Source of the DNA: a virus
Taxonomy: Duplodnaviria > Caudoviricetes
DNA length: 30,290 nt
IMG/VR virus record: IMGVR_UViG_3300032283_000744
Coordinates: 1-30,290 of that record
Reading direction: 5' to 3' (one strand)
Shown one piece after another: positions 1 to 9,534 of the stretch. Position numbers and translations under genes: made by a program. A model generated the notes under the pieces. It was not told the origin of the DNA, did no database searches, and worked only from the letters and a program-made list of their open reading frames with translations. The stretch's first letter is position 1. Each line of letters begins with the position of its first letter.

Positions 1-360
1 GCGCTTAGGGTTACAGGCGATGCAACATCGGTATCAACCGCAGCCGCTGACGCTACTGCTAAAGTTGCTGCAGAGGCAGCGCTTAGGGTTACAGGCGATG
101 CAACATCGGTATCAACCGCAGCCACTGACGCCACAACTAAAGTTGCTGCAGAAGCAGCATTAAGAATATCAGGAGACGCAGCTTCGGTTTTAACTGCAGC
201 ATCAGATGCAACTACAAAAGCAAATGCCGCTCAAGCAGCTGCAGAGGCAACAGCATCAACGGATGCAACTACCAAGGTTGCTGCAGAAGCAGCACTTAGA
301 ATATCAGGAGATGCGGCATCTGTAGCTACCGCAGCGGCGGACGCAACAGCAAAAGCAAAT
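1..360 (+). repeat. Coding tandem repeat, 78-nt (26-aa) unit
   Basis: Bases 1-45 are identical to 79-123. ALR codons occur at 1, 79, 157 and 292, and DAT codons at 49, 127, 205, 262 and 340. Confidence 0.9.
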
Positions 361-1593
361 GCAGCCCGTACAGCGGCAGAACTTACAGCAACAAATACTT
401 TTGTACCAATAGCAGGTTTTACAGAATTAGCTCAAGATTCTGTCTCTAGCCTACTGGCTCACTCAGGACATACAAATGTTACAGCAACCTATGACGATGT
501 TGCAAATAAAATTAATTTAGCAGTTACAGCACAGCTTACACAAGAAGAAGCTCAAGATTATATAGCTCCATTATTTGTTCACGGTTTAAATCCTAATATT
601 AATGCTACTTACGACGACGTAGCAAACAAGCTTGTTCTGGAAGCTATCATTCCACCATCAACAGCCATAGTTTCAGCTGGACCACCAGCAAGCCCAATAA
701 ATGGACAGATCTGGTTTGATTCAGATGAGTTTAGAACTGGAAGTACACGAGCTCTTAAAGTCTGGCAGTCTTCTACATCTTCTTGGCAGTATGTTGCATC
801 AGATCTTTCTTTATCAACAAGCAATACATGGACTTCTTCTAATACATTTACAAACGGAATAATTATTGCGTTAGATGCCAACCCTACTACTGCCGTACAT
901 GGACAAATTTATTACAATAGAATTTCAGACAAACTAAAAGTTTATTCAGGCGGATTATGGCAAGATGTTCAAATTCAACAAAGTGGTGGCGGAGGCTTAA
1001 GTTTAATATCTACAGACAATACTTTGCCACCTACTACTTTTTTTGTAGGACTAATTGCCCCACCAGCACAATCAAGAAGCGACGGAGATCTATGGATTGA
1101 CGTTGATGATATTGACACACCTTTTAATCAATTTTATACAGGTGGAGTTTCTCCAGATCCTGCTCAATATGAATTTTGGGTAGATAACGTTGAACCAATT
1201 CAAGAATTAATTTACAGCGCAGATGAACCAGGAACACCTTCTTACCCAGGAGAACTTTGGATAGATACAGATGAATTTGATGGAGCAATTGTAGAGTTTG
1301 GTGCAACGGCTCCCAACCCAAGCAATGTTCAATTATGGGTAGATATAAATGAAAATGAAAGTCCAAGTTATTATGATCAATTAACTTTTACTAATTATGC
1401 TACTGTTGCTAATTTCCCTCAAAATGCTCCTAATGGTTTTGTTGCCTCAGACGCATCAACGGGCCTAGCCTATGTTAGAAGTCAGGGTCAATGGCTTGCA
1501 ATAGTAACAGCATCAAATATAAACAACATTATTTCTTCAAATTCAACAGTCTTTGAAGATTTAAAAGCTTTGGCTTGGATGGGTTTTGAATAA
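1..1593 (+). CDS. 5'-truncated fibre/virion protein (>530 aa): Ala/Thr-rich coiled-coil repeats followed by repeated GxLWxD knob motifs
   Basis: Frame +1 has no stop from base 1 to TAA at 1591-1593, so the track ORF 1024..1593 is only its 3' end. It contains ALRxxGDAxSVxTAAxDATxK repeats, two ATYDDVANK repeats, and GQIWFD/GDLWID/EFWVD/GELWID/QLWVD motifs. Confidence 0.8.
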   Translation, partial: ALRVTGDATSVSTAAADATAKVAAEAALRVTGDATSVSTAATDATTKVAAEAALRISGDAASVLTAASDATTKANAAQAAAEATASTDATTKVAAEAALRISGDAASVATAAADATAKANAARTAAELTATNTFVPIAGFTELAQDSVSSLLAHSGHTNVTATYDDVANKINLAVTAQLTQEEAQDYIAPLFVHGLNPNINATYDDVANKLVLEAIIPPSTAIVSAGPPASPINGQIWFDSDEFRTGSTRALKVWQSSTSSWQYVASDLSLSTSNTWTSSNTFTNGIIIALDANPTTAVHGQIYYNRISDKLKVYSGGLWQDVQIQQSGGGGLSLISTDNTLPPTTFFVGLIAPPAQSRSDGDLWIDVDDIDTPFNQFYTGGVSPDPAQYEFWVDNVEPIQELIYSADEPGTPSYPGELWIDTDEFDGAIVEFGATAPNPSNVQLWVDINENESPSYYDQLTFTNYATVANFPQNAPNGFVASDASTGLAYVRSQGQWLAIVTASNINNIISSNSTVFEDLKALAWMGFE

Positions 1594-1599
1594 CCACTC

Positions 1600-1608
1600 T
1601 GGTATAAT
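1600..1608 (+). promoter_or_regulatory. Extended -10 promoter element TGGTATAAT
   Basis: Perfect TGnTATAAT in the intergenic gap, upstream of SD AGGAGG and ATG 1630. No clear -35. Confidence 0.6.
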
Positions 1609-1629
1609 TTAGGTTAGGAGGGTCATAAA

Positions 1630-2250
1630 ATGTCATTAAAAAGATGGAACGGTACCTCGTGGGTTACCGTCGCTGGTTCAAGACCAGGACCCCAAGGTGC
1701 AACAGGACCGACAGGTTCTGCAGCAACTATTTCTGTAGGAACAGTTACAACTGTTGCAGCAGGAACATCAGCAGCAATTACAAATGGTGGAACATCATCA
1801 GCTGCAATATTAAATTTTCAAATTCCAGCAGGACCAGCAGGAGCAGCAGGTGCTGCAGGATCTCAAGGCGTGGCGGGACAAAGAGGTTCTTATACATTTA
1901 CAGGAATTGCTAATCCAACAGGATCAAATCCAGCAAGCAAGTTAGGCTTAGACACATATTTAAATACAACAACGGGAGACTACTTCCAATATAATTCTTC
2001 AAATACTACATGGGTACTTCAAGGAAACCTAAAGGGCCCAGTAGGAACATCAGGAGCACAAGGTATTACAGGTCCAACGGGCTCAACAGGCCCAGCGGGA
2101 GAAACAGCAGTACAAAATGTAATAACAGAACTAGAAAGCTGGAAAGCAGACCAAATACTCAATCTTGGTGTATACTATCCAAAGTACGAGTTCTTAACAA
2201 ATATGACCCAGCAAAATGCAACACTTTTAGCAACAAGCATGATATTTTAG
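1630..2250 (+). CDS. Short collagen-like fibre protein (206 aa)
   Basis: Gly-X-Y runs ([33 protein letters not shown]), an ATISVGTV...LNFQIP module, an N-terminal LKRWNGTSW, and a good SD. Confidence 0.8.
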   Translation: MSLKRWNGTSWVTVAGSRPGPQGATGPTGSAATISVGTVTTVAAGTSAAITNGGTSSAAILNFQIPAGPAGAAGAAGSQGVAGQRGSYTFTGIANPTGSNPASKLGLDTYLNTTTGDYFQYNSSNTTWVLQGNLKGPVGTSGAQGITGPTGSTGPAGETAVQNVITELESWKADQILNLGVYYPKYEFLTNMTQQNATLLATSMIF

Positions 2251-2262
2251 GAGAAAAAAACT

Positions 2263-5200
2263 ATGGCAAGAAAAATTTTAAGTTTAACAGATATTAATTT
2301 TGTACCAGGCACAGGAACTTTAACTATTCCTAAGCTAATTCGTAGAGAAAAATTACTGTTAATCACAAACACAACATCTAACAAGATTGTTTATAACTTT
2401 GCCGACCCTGCCCTAGGACTATATAGTCATTCATTTACCACTCCTGCTTCAGATGCATATCATGATGCCGCTCACGGAAAAACAATTTTAGTATTAAAAT
2501 ATAACACATCTTCAATGTTGCCTACAGATGACTGGCAAGTTGTTTATGATACAGAAAATGAAGTATTTGAACCAGCCGATTATTTGGTAGACGCAGTAGG
2601 AAAGCTTCGTACAGCAAACCCTAAATCCCTTATTGATACTGACTTTGAATATGGTATTCAGAACTCTAAATGGGAAACCCTTACAATGATTCAAAACTAC
2701 CCAGGATTTTTTGGTAGATCATCGGGAGGAAACGCAATTGACGTTCAGTTAGTTCAAGGAAATGGTATTGCTCCATTGTCTACAATTACTGTTACCTGTA
2801 ACTCTCCACACGGATTGAGCTCAGGAGATGTTATATCTGTTCAAGAAACAACATCAGACAGTGCAGATGGAACATTTCTATGTTTTCCAACATCATCGAC
2901 TACGTTTACATACACTGCAAAAGGTGTTGTTAGCGGAAATATTCAAGACGGAACACTTACATCAATCTACGGTGGAGGAATTTTTGACAATGCTCATATT
3001 ATGGGTGGAATTGTTGGACAGCTTGGATCATTTGCTGCAGTATCAAATCAAGCTGCAAATTCAAGAATTACAATTGTTTCACCAAAACCACACGGGCTTC
3101 TTCCAGGAACACCAATTCTTATTACACAAAAAGAAGGAAGCAATTTTTACGGAAGTTTCTTTATTGACACAGTAGATACACCAAACTCAATGTCATTTGT
3201 AGCAAATAGTCAAATTCTTAATCCAATTAATACAACTGATCAAGGATTTTATGCAAAACCTGAAGGATATGTAAATCATAGACCTCATGATGGTGGAGTT
3301 ATTATGTCTACGGGAAACAACGTATGTGGTACGCAAACAATGCGTCAAACACGTAGATACTTCAGATATCAGTCTGGAAAATCAATTCAGTTTTCAACAG
3401 GAACAAAGTTTACTCCTACATTCCAAGTAGAGTACCTAGCTGCTAGCGGCATAGTTCCAGGATCTACAGATATCACTGTAACCACACTTAATTCTCACAA
3501 TTTACAACCAGGTGCGTATGTTAAAATTGAAGGAACAGAAACCTCTGGCACTTACAACCCATTTAATGGCGTTCACCTTGTAACATCAATTATTGATGCT
3601 ACAACATTTAAATACAATGTTGTGTTTACTCAAACACTTTCAGCAATTGATCAAATCCCAGGCGGAGTAAATGTATTCTGTACAGCATACATTTGGAAGG
3701 GTGCATCAACAAGAGCGGGTCTATATTCAGAGCAAGATGGATTCTTTTTTGAGTATGATGGACAAGGAATCTTTGCCTGCCGTCAATGGTCTACTCAAGT
3801 ACTTAGAGGAAATGTATCTGTTATTAAATATAACTCAACAGTAACTGGAAACGGAACAATCTTTAGAAAGCAATTAGTTTCAGGAGATAAAATTGTAATC
3901 CGTGGACAGTCTTATAGAGTTATTCAAATTGCTTCAGATTCATCTTTGACTATAGCCCCAGCGTATCGTGGAGCAGATCAGTCAAGTGTAAAGGTTCGCA
4001 AAACTCAAATTATTAAAGTAAAGCAAGATCAATGGAATCTAGATAAGTTTGACGGAACTGGTCCATCAGGACACGTATTTGATGCTTCAAAGATGCAGAT
4101 GACATACATTGACTATTCATGGTACGGAGCAGGAACAATTAGATATGGATTTAGAGGCCAAGGTGGAAAGATTACTTGGTGTCATGAAATTTCTAATAAC
4201 AATAATAATCTTGCTGCATATCAAAGATCAGGTAACTTGCCAGCTAGATATGAAGCAATCAACGAACCAACAAAGTTTTCAAAACTAGTTGCAGGAGGAA
4301 CGGCAGTAAGAGGATCTAATCTTCTTCCGCAAGATACAGTAATGTATGTTGATAACGTAGACTACTGGCCAGCAAACGGATTCCTTAGAATTCAAGATGA
4401 AAATTATGTAGAAATTGCAAGATTTACATCAATTGGTGCATATAACCAAACAGCAAAGGGTTATGCTATGAATCTTATTCGTAGACAGCCTTATGTGACA
4501 TATTATGCAGGATCAGCGTACAGCCTTAACGGAACATATGTAGCGGCAACATTTAGACCAGATGCAACAATTCCTGGAGGTTCAGGATCTGCTCAAGTAT
4601 CAATTCAAGTTATTTCTCAAGAGTGTGCTCCTGTTATGAGCCACTGGGGATCTTCAGTAATTATGGACGGTGGTTTTGATGATGATGCTTCATTTATCTT
4701 TACAGCTGGTATGCAGCGTTACTTGCAGGTCGGTGGTTCTGGATCTGTTTCAGCAACAATTGTATCTAGAGTAAGAACATCAGGAGTTGCAACAATTACA
4801 ACTTCAGCACCTCACTCATTGCTTGCAGGATATAATGCAGTAGTTTCAGGTGTAAACGATGTTTCTGTGATTACATACAAGCAATTAACTAATAACCAAG
4901 CAAGCCTTACAACATCTGTTGCTCACAAACACAGAGTTGGCCAGACGGTGGTAGTCTCTGGAGTTGACAATGTGTTCAATGGTACATGGACAATTACTGG
5001 AGTTACATCTACAACTTTCTTATTTACTAGATCTTCTGCTAATATACCATTCCAATCAGTTTCAGCATTTACTTCGCCTTCCGCTGTAACATCAAGTTAT
5101 TACAATGGAACGTTTTTGATAAGCAACGTTACTTCAAATACAATTTCATATGCTGTTGCTCAAGCAGATGAAGCCTCATCCGCAGTTAATCCAAACGGAG

Positions 5201-5769
5201 CTGTAACTCAGGTATTTGGAGCAACACAGCAAGCACGTCCTTTGATTTCGCTTAGAGTTGCGCCATCTGCTGACAACGGTACTGGACGTAACTTTGGACT
5301 TCGTGAACTGTCAAATAATATGCAGCTAAAGCTTTATAGCATAAACATTTTAGCGCAAGGTCAGTTCCTTGTAGAAGGAATTCTAAATGCACAATCTCTA
5401 AACGGTGTAGCAATTCCAAATGCTTGGGCAAATGATCGAGTTGGTTCAGGATCTTTAGCACAAATTATTTATCATGATGGCACTGGAGCTCCTGGGTCAC
5501 CAGTACTTTCACCTACAAATACAGTTTCTGGTGGAGACCGTATTTTTGCTTTCTACACAGATAACGGTGGAGGTACAAACTACTCTGTTACCCGTATTGA
5601 TCTTTCAAAGGCAAGAGACCTAGGAAATTCTATTCTAAATGGAGATGGAAGCACGGCTACGCCAGGTTTCCCAAATGCTCCAGACATCCTTACAATCGTT
5701 GCTACAAATCTTGGTTCTTCAGCAGCCAACATTTCAGCAGTGCTTGCATGGACGGAAGCGCAGGCGTAA
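2263..5769 (+). CDS. Large virion structural protein (1168 aa) with five repeated small beta domains (T-x-T-xx-P/S/A-H-x-L-xx-G motif)
   Basis: Long intact ORF with SD AGGAG. Repeat motifs: TVTCNSPHGLSSGD, TIVSPKPHGLLPGT, TVTTLNSHNLQPGA, TITTSAPHSLLAGY, SLTTSVAHKHRVGQ. Beta-rich Thr/Gly/Ser composition. Confidence 0.75.
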   Translation: MARKILSLTDINFVPGTGTLTIPKLIRREKLLLITNTTSNKIVYNFADPALGLYSHSFTTPASDAYHDAAHGKTILVLKYNTSSMLPTDDWQVVYDTENEVFEPADYLVDAVGKLRTANPKSLIDTDFEYGIQNSKWETLTMIQNYPGFFGRSSGGNAIDVQLVQGNGIAPLSTITVTCNSPHGLSSGDVISVQETTSDSADGTFLCFPTSSTTFTYTAKGVVSGNIQDGTLTSIYGGGIFDNAHIMGGIVGQLGSFAAVSNQAANSRITIVSPKPHGLLPGTPILITQKEGSNFYGSFFIDTVDTPNSMSFVANSQILNPINTTDQGFYAKPEGYVNHRPHDGGVIMSTGNNVCGTQTMRQTRRYFRYQSGKSIQFSTGTKFTPTFQVEYLAASGIVPGSTDITVTTLNSHNLQPGAYVKIEGTETSGTYNPFNGVHLVTSIIDATTFKYNVVFTQTLSAIDQIPGGVNVFCTAYIWKGASTRAGLYSEQDGFFFEYDGQGIFACRQWSTQVLRGNVSVIKYNSTVTGNGTIFRKQLVSGDKIVIRGQSYRVIQIASDSSLTIAPAYRGADQSSVKVRKTQIIKVKQDQWNLDKFDGTGPSGHVFDASKMQMTYIDYSWYGAGTIRYGFRGQGGKITWCHEISNNNNNLAAYQRSGNLPARYEAINEPTKFSKLVAGGTAVRGSNLLPQDTVMYVDNVDYWPANGFLRIQDENYVEIARFTSIGAYNQTAKGYAMNLIRRQPYVTYYAGSAYSLNGTYVAATFRPDATIPGGSGSAQVSIQVISQECAPVMSHWGSSVIMDGGFDDDASFIFTAGMQRYLQVGGSGSVSATIVSRVRTSGVATITTSAPHSLLAGYNAVVSGVNDVSVITYKQLTNNQASLTTSVAHKHRVGQTVVVSGVDNVFNGTWTITGVTSTTFLFTRSSANIPFQSVSAFTSPSAVTSSYYNGTFLISNVTSNTISYAVAQADEASSAVNPNGAVTQVFGATQQARPLISLRVAPSADNGTGRNFGLRELSNNMQLKLYSINILAQGQFLVEGILNAQSLNGVAIPNAWANDRVGSGSLAQIIYHDGTGAPGSPVLSPTNTVSGGDRIFAFYTDNGGGTNYSVTRIDLSKARDLGNSILNGDGSTATPGFPNAPDILTIVATNLGSSAANISAVLAWTEAQA

Positions 5770-5772
5770 AAA

Positions 5773-6447
5773 ATGCCAGACTACTCATCCTTAACCACGC
5801 AAATAAGTCAGTTTAAATCAGCAGCAACTGCTTTAATGACTAATGCTAATGATCCTTTAAATGCAAATGAATTGCAACTTGTAGGAGCAGCGTTAAATCA
5901 AATGGGTAACACTTTAGGTGTTGCAGATATAAATAATGCTACTAACGACGCCCTAGCAACAATTGGAGCGGCAGGAACAGCGGCAATTACTTCATTTAAT
6001 AACAGCGTCAATGGAGAAAGATTAACTTTTGCAGAAGATGACATTGCAGATTTGCAAGGAAGAACAATAAATATTGAGGGATTTGTTAATACAAACGCAG
6101 CTCAATATACAACTCTTCAATCTACAGTATCAGCACTTCAAACATCTTTGTCTACAGTACCATCAAGTTGGAAAATAGTTACAACAGCATATACAGCTAC
6201 TAACAATGACAGACTGCTTGTTCAAGCACCAGGGTCGGGATTAATTATAACATTGCCTCAAAGTCCTACTACAGGATTTACGGTTGAATTTGTAGACGCT
6301 TTAGGAACTGCAGCTACAACTAATTTTACAATTGCAAGAAATTCACAACCAATACAGGGAGTTGCACAAAATCTTGTGTTTAACGTAAGCGGTGCTTATA
6401 TTAGACTTATTTATGTAGATGCAACAAGAGGGTGGATAAGAGTATAA
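5773..6447 (+). CDS. Fibre/adaptor protein with MPDY-type helical N-terminus, coiled coil and C-terminal beta domain
   Basis: N-terminus is paralogous to 12209..12541. The C-terminal ITLPQSPTTGFTVEFVD...LIYVDATRGW resembles repeat units of T4-like proximal tail fibres. Confidence 0.7.
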   Translation: MPDYSSLTTQISQFKSAATALMTNANDPLNANELQLVGAALNQMGNTLGVADINNATNDALATIGAAGTAAITSFNNSVNGERLTFAEDDIADLQGRTINIEGFVNTNAAQYTTLQSTVSALQTSLSTVPSSWKIVTTAYTATNNDRLLVQAPGSGLIITLPQSPTTGFTVEFVDALGTAATTNFTIARNSQPIQGVAQNLVFNVSGAYIRLIYVDATRGWIRV

Positions 6448-6824
6448 TGGCAAACTTAAGCGAAGTTTTAGCAGAAACAGCTGTAAAAACAAATCTTGAT
6501 CTTCAAACCTATCGGACTGGAAGAAGAGATCTTGGGACCGTAAGCGGTGCAGTTAATCTTGATTTATCTCTTTCAAATGACTTTACTGCAACAGTAAATG
6601 CAAATACTACATTTACAATTACAAACTGCCCAACCACTGGAGTTGTAGGCTTTTCATTACAGCTAGTTGGCGGCGGAGCATATACAATAACATTTGCAAA
6701 TGGAAAATACCCATCCGCAACAGCACCAGCTTTAACATCAGGTGGAATTGATGTTATAACATTTATTACTTATGATAATGGCACAAACTGGCGTGGAACT
6801 CTAGCAATGAAGGATTCAAGATAA
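6447..6824 (+). CDS. Small beta-sandwich tail-fibre-associated protein (125 aa), paralog of 15391..15828
   Basis: Probable start is ATG 6447 (TAATG overlap), not GTG 6432. Shares DxGTV, F-x-L-x-L/I-x-x-GG-x-YTIT-F/W, APxL-S/T and T-x-DxGT motifs with the 15391 protein. Confidence 0.7.
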   Translation: MANLSEVLAETAVKTNLDLQTYRTGRRDLGTVSGAVNLDLSLSNDFTATVNANTTFTITNCPTTGVVGFSLQLVGGGAYTITFANGKYPSATAPALTSGGIDVITFITYDNGTNWRGTLAMKDSR

Positions 6825-7324
6825 TGTACGCACAAGTTATAGACGAAGAAATTACAAGAGTTATTGATGAGCAATCTTTAAGAGAGATGTACTCATCTAC
6901 ACATTTCCCAGCAGTAATAACTCAAGCAGCACTAGAAGGATTTGATAATTGGTATGTTGTAGTAGACTCTACAGATTTGCCAGAGTTTGACAAGGCTTCT
7001 AAGAAATTAGAGTTTGCTAGATATTTTAACGGGACATCAGTTGTCGGTCAATACTCAGTTATTGATCTTTCAAATGCAGAAAAAGCTGCAGCAAAAGAGT
7101 CAAGAAAAAGCGAAGTTAGATACCATAGAGACAATACTCTAAATGCAACAGACTATCTTATGACATCAGACCTATTCAATTCATTTTCATCAACAGATCA
7201 AGAAAAGATAGTTGAATACAGACAGGCTCTAAGAGACTTAACAAGCCAAGCAGATCCATTTAATATTACCTGGCCATCACTCGATATTGAATCGGTTACC
7301 CTAAAATATAAAGTAGAGATCTAA
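6824..7324 (+). CDS. Phage tail (fibre) assembly chaperone-like protein
   Basis: C-terminal VRYHRDNTLNATDY...EYRQALRDLT...NITWP matches the tail assembly chaperone signature R-x-x-R-x-x-x-L-x-x-[ST]D...YRQALRD...WP. Confidence 0.8.
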   Translation: MYAQVIDEEITRVIDEQSLREMYSSTHFPAVITQAALEGFDNWYVVVDSTDLPEFDKASKKLEFARYFNGTSVVGQYSVIDLSNAEKAAAKESRKSEVRYHRDNTLNATDYLMTSDLFNSFSSTDQEKIVEYRQALRDLTSQADPFNITWPSLDIESVTLKYKVEI

Positions 7325-8238
7325 TGCCATTTCCGCCAGCCAGATACTCGACAGCAACGGGAGTAAAATCTTTTTTTCTAAGACAAGTTATCACAAAAGG
7401 CTACGTGCTTGCGGGATATAGAAACAGCCAGCCATGGACAAGCGTTAATGAAGTTACGCACTCAACTGACACAACTATTGATATGGGTGGACCATTAAAT
7501 AATGCTACATCGTACCCAGGTGGAATGTGTGACGATACATACGCTTATGTTCTTAAAGCAGACGGCGGAGTAGGTGGATCTAGCTCTAACACAAATAGAT
7601 ATAGTATGAGAACTAACACGTCTATTCAATTTGGTCAAGCACCATACGCTGTTGCAAATGCGGGAACCCTTATGCATCAAGAACAACTTTATGCATATGG
7701 TAAACCAGCAAACGGGTCAGCAGCAATTATGAAATTTAATTTTACAACAGGAGCCTGGATGAGCTCATTGGGCGCAGCTTACGGAAACAATAGCCAAACA
7801 ATGTCAGCTTTTTATCATGAAAAATATGGTTACCACTACGGAGACGATAACGGAGTTAGACTTACTTTTGCAACAGAAACTCAAGCCAACTCTCCAATGA
7901 ACGGTGTGCACGGACAGCAAAAAGCAATTTCTTCAAAGCTAGCGTATGTGTACGCAGGCAACGAAGGTAACTACGCTGGTGGATATAATCTAAGAAGATT
8001 TAATGTTGTTACAGAAACAAACGTAGGAAACGTATCAAAGCCCATTGGAAACTGTGGAGAAGAAGATTTTGATATGGGACAGAATTGGCAGTACATGCTC
8101 GGAAACTATAATGGAGAGCAAAACAACAGATCTTGGAGATTTAACTATGCAACAGACTCTGGCTATGAAGGCGGAGGAGGAATGCAATCTAAGGGAGTTC
8201 CAGGCAGAAGTTCTGCCCAATCGGCATACCGTTCATAA
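7324..8238 (+). CDS. Kelch-like beta-propeller protein (304 aa, about six blades)
   Basis: Six repeats start with an aromatic strand (KGYVLAG, YAYVL, YAYG, YGYHYG, YVYAG, WQYMLG) and end in F/Y-x-x-[TE/TD]-like motifs (HSTDT, FATET, NVVTET, NYATDS). Confidence 0.65.
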   Translation: MPFPPARYSTATGVKSFFLRQVITKGYVLAGYRNSQPWTSVNEVTHSTDTTIDMGGPLNNATSYPGGMCDDTYAYVLKADGGVGGSSSNTNRYSMRTNTSIQFGQAPYAVANAGTLMHQEQLYAYGKPANGSAAIMKFNFTTGAWMSSLGAAYGNNSQTMSAFYHEKYGYHYGDDNGVRLTFATETQANSPMNGVHGQQKAISSKLAYVYAGNEGNYAGGYNLRRFNVVTETNVGNVSKPIGNCGEEDFDMGQNWQYMLGNYNGEQNNRSWRFNYATDSGYEGGGGMQSKGVPGRSSAQSAYRS

Positions 8239-8253
8239 CAGATAGGAAATAAA

Positions 8254-8985
8254 ATGAGATACATAAACGATATAACATCGGATGTTTCTAACTACACAAA
8301 ATCACAAAAAGACATTCTTCTTTATGCTACCAATAGACACTGGGGCACACCAACGTTTAAAATAGATAATTTTGTCGGTGGATCGCAGTTTACACCTTTT
8401 GGTAAATTAAGACAGCTTCTTCTAGAGCTTGGGGCAAGAGAAACCATGATCGTAGAACAAGAGCTAAAAATAGAAAGAGTTAAACTAGAAATTGAACTAG
8501 AAAAAGAAAAGATTAGCTTTAGCACTTCTCCTATTGAGATAAAAATTCATGAGCTTAATATTAAAGAAAAAGAAAGAACTCTGCTAAATCTAAAAAATGG
8601 AGTTAGTTTGGTATACGAAGAGCGAGATAAGTATATGATGCTAATTGATAAGTTTAATGATTCCGAAGAAGGAAAACTTCCAGATGGCCGACAAATTATG
8701 GACATCATTGGTAATTACGAAGAAGAAGAAAGACTTGAAGCAGAGCTTTGGGGTATTAGACTTGGAGCCCAAGCAGCCTATGACCTAATGTTTTACGGAA
8801 GAGTAAATGGCGGAAACATGGAAGCAATTGATCAGCTACCAAAAGAGGTTAGAGAGATAGCTCTTGAAACTGCAGTAGTTAAAGCAATTGAAACTAACAA
8901 GCATTTAGATGCCCTTCAAATAGAAACTAGAAAAAGACTAGAACTGGCTGATTCAGAAGACGGACTTTGGGAAGAAATTGAATGA
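8254..8985 (+). CDS. Hypothetical helical/coiled-coil protein (243 aa)
   Basis: Intact ORF with SD AGGA. Glu/Lys/Leu/Ile-rich heptad region after FVGGSQFTPFGKLRQLLLEL. Confidence 0.75.
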   Translation: MRYINDITSDVSNYTKSQKDILLYATNRHWGTPTFKIDNFVGGSQFTPFGKLRQLLLELGARETMIVEQELKIERVKLEIELEKEKISFSTSPIEIKIHELNIKEKERTLLNLKNGVSLVYEERDKYMMLIDKFNDSEEGKLPDGRQIMDIIGNYEEEERLEAELWGIRLGAQAAYDLMFYGRVNGGNMEAIDQLPKEVREIALETAVVKAIETNKHLDALQIETRKRLELADSEDGLWEEIE

Positions 8986-9530
8986 TATATTTTTTATTTA
9001 ATCCAGAAGATAATGCCCCTTATATAAAAGAAGTAGGAGTGTGGGGGAATGTCTGTGTTGGTGCAATAGATGAAGTGTTGTTATCTTATATAAAGCTTCC
9101 GTCTTTAGCTGTAATATCAGAAGATGTTGCACATGCATGGAAGTTTGCTGGTAAATATAAAGGAGAGATTAGTGTTAGAGAAAATACTAATTCTTATGAT
9201 CAATTAGATACATCCTTGCTAGAGCCACATAAAGATAAGTTTAAGTATACTTTATCAGAAAAAGATAAAGAGAATGCTTGCCTTTTCCATAAAGCAGTAA
9301 TGTACTTCCTGTTAGACAAACACTATTACAATAAACTTTTAATTTCAAAATTTACCCCTGAAGAACTAAGAGGTCTAGACTGGAAATCCAAAGATCAATT
9401 AGTAAGCAATAAAAATAAAATAATTGAAGAGATAAAGTCTTGCCAAGATTGGCAGGAAACTGGTATACTGATATCTAATAGATTCGGAATTGCCCACATT
9501 CCTGAAGTACAAGCCAAAATAGATTTGTAG
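8982..9530 (+). CDS. Hypothetical protein (182 aa)
   Basis: ATGA overlap with the upstream gene and a 4-nt gap to the downstream gene. No recognisable motif. Confidence 0.7.
   Translation: MIYFLFNPEDNAPYIKEVGVWGNVCVGAIDEVLLSYIKLPSLAVISEDVAHAWKFAGKYKGEISVRENTNSYDQLDTSLLEPHKDKFKYTLSEKDKENACLFHKAVMYFLLDKHYYNKLLISKFTPEELRGLDWKSKDQLVSNKNKIIEEIKSCQDWQETGILISNRFGIAHIPEVQAKIDL
9440..9469 (+). promoter_or_regulatory. Putative internal sigmaA-type promoter TTGCCA-N18-TATACT with TG extension, upstream of the U32 gene
   Basis: TTGCCA at 9440-9445 and TGGTATACT at 9461-9469, 65 nt before ATG 9535. Confidence 0.5.
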
Positions 9531-9534
9531 GAAG

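Noticed and set aside
1024-1593. Track ORF starting at TTG 1024 as a separate gene
   Set aside because: The frame is open from base 1, so this is the 3' part of a longer gene.
6440-6448. GAGTATAAT as a promoter
   Set aside because: It coincides with the Val-stop/start overlap (GTA TAA TG), lacks the TG extension and a -35, and is explained by translational coupling.
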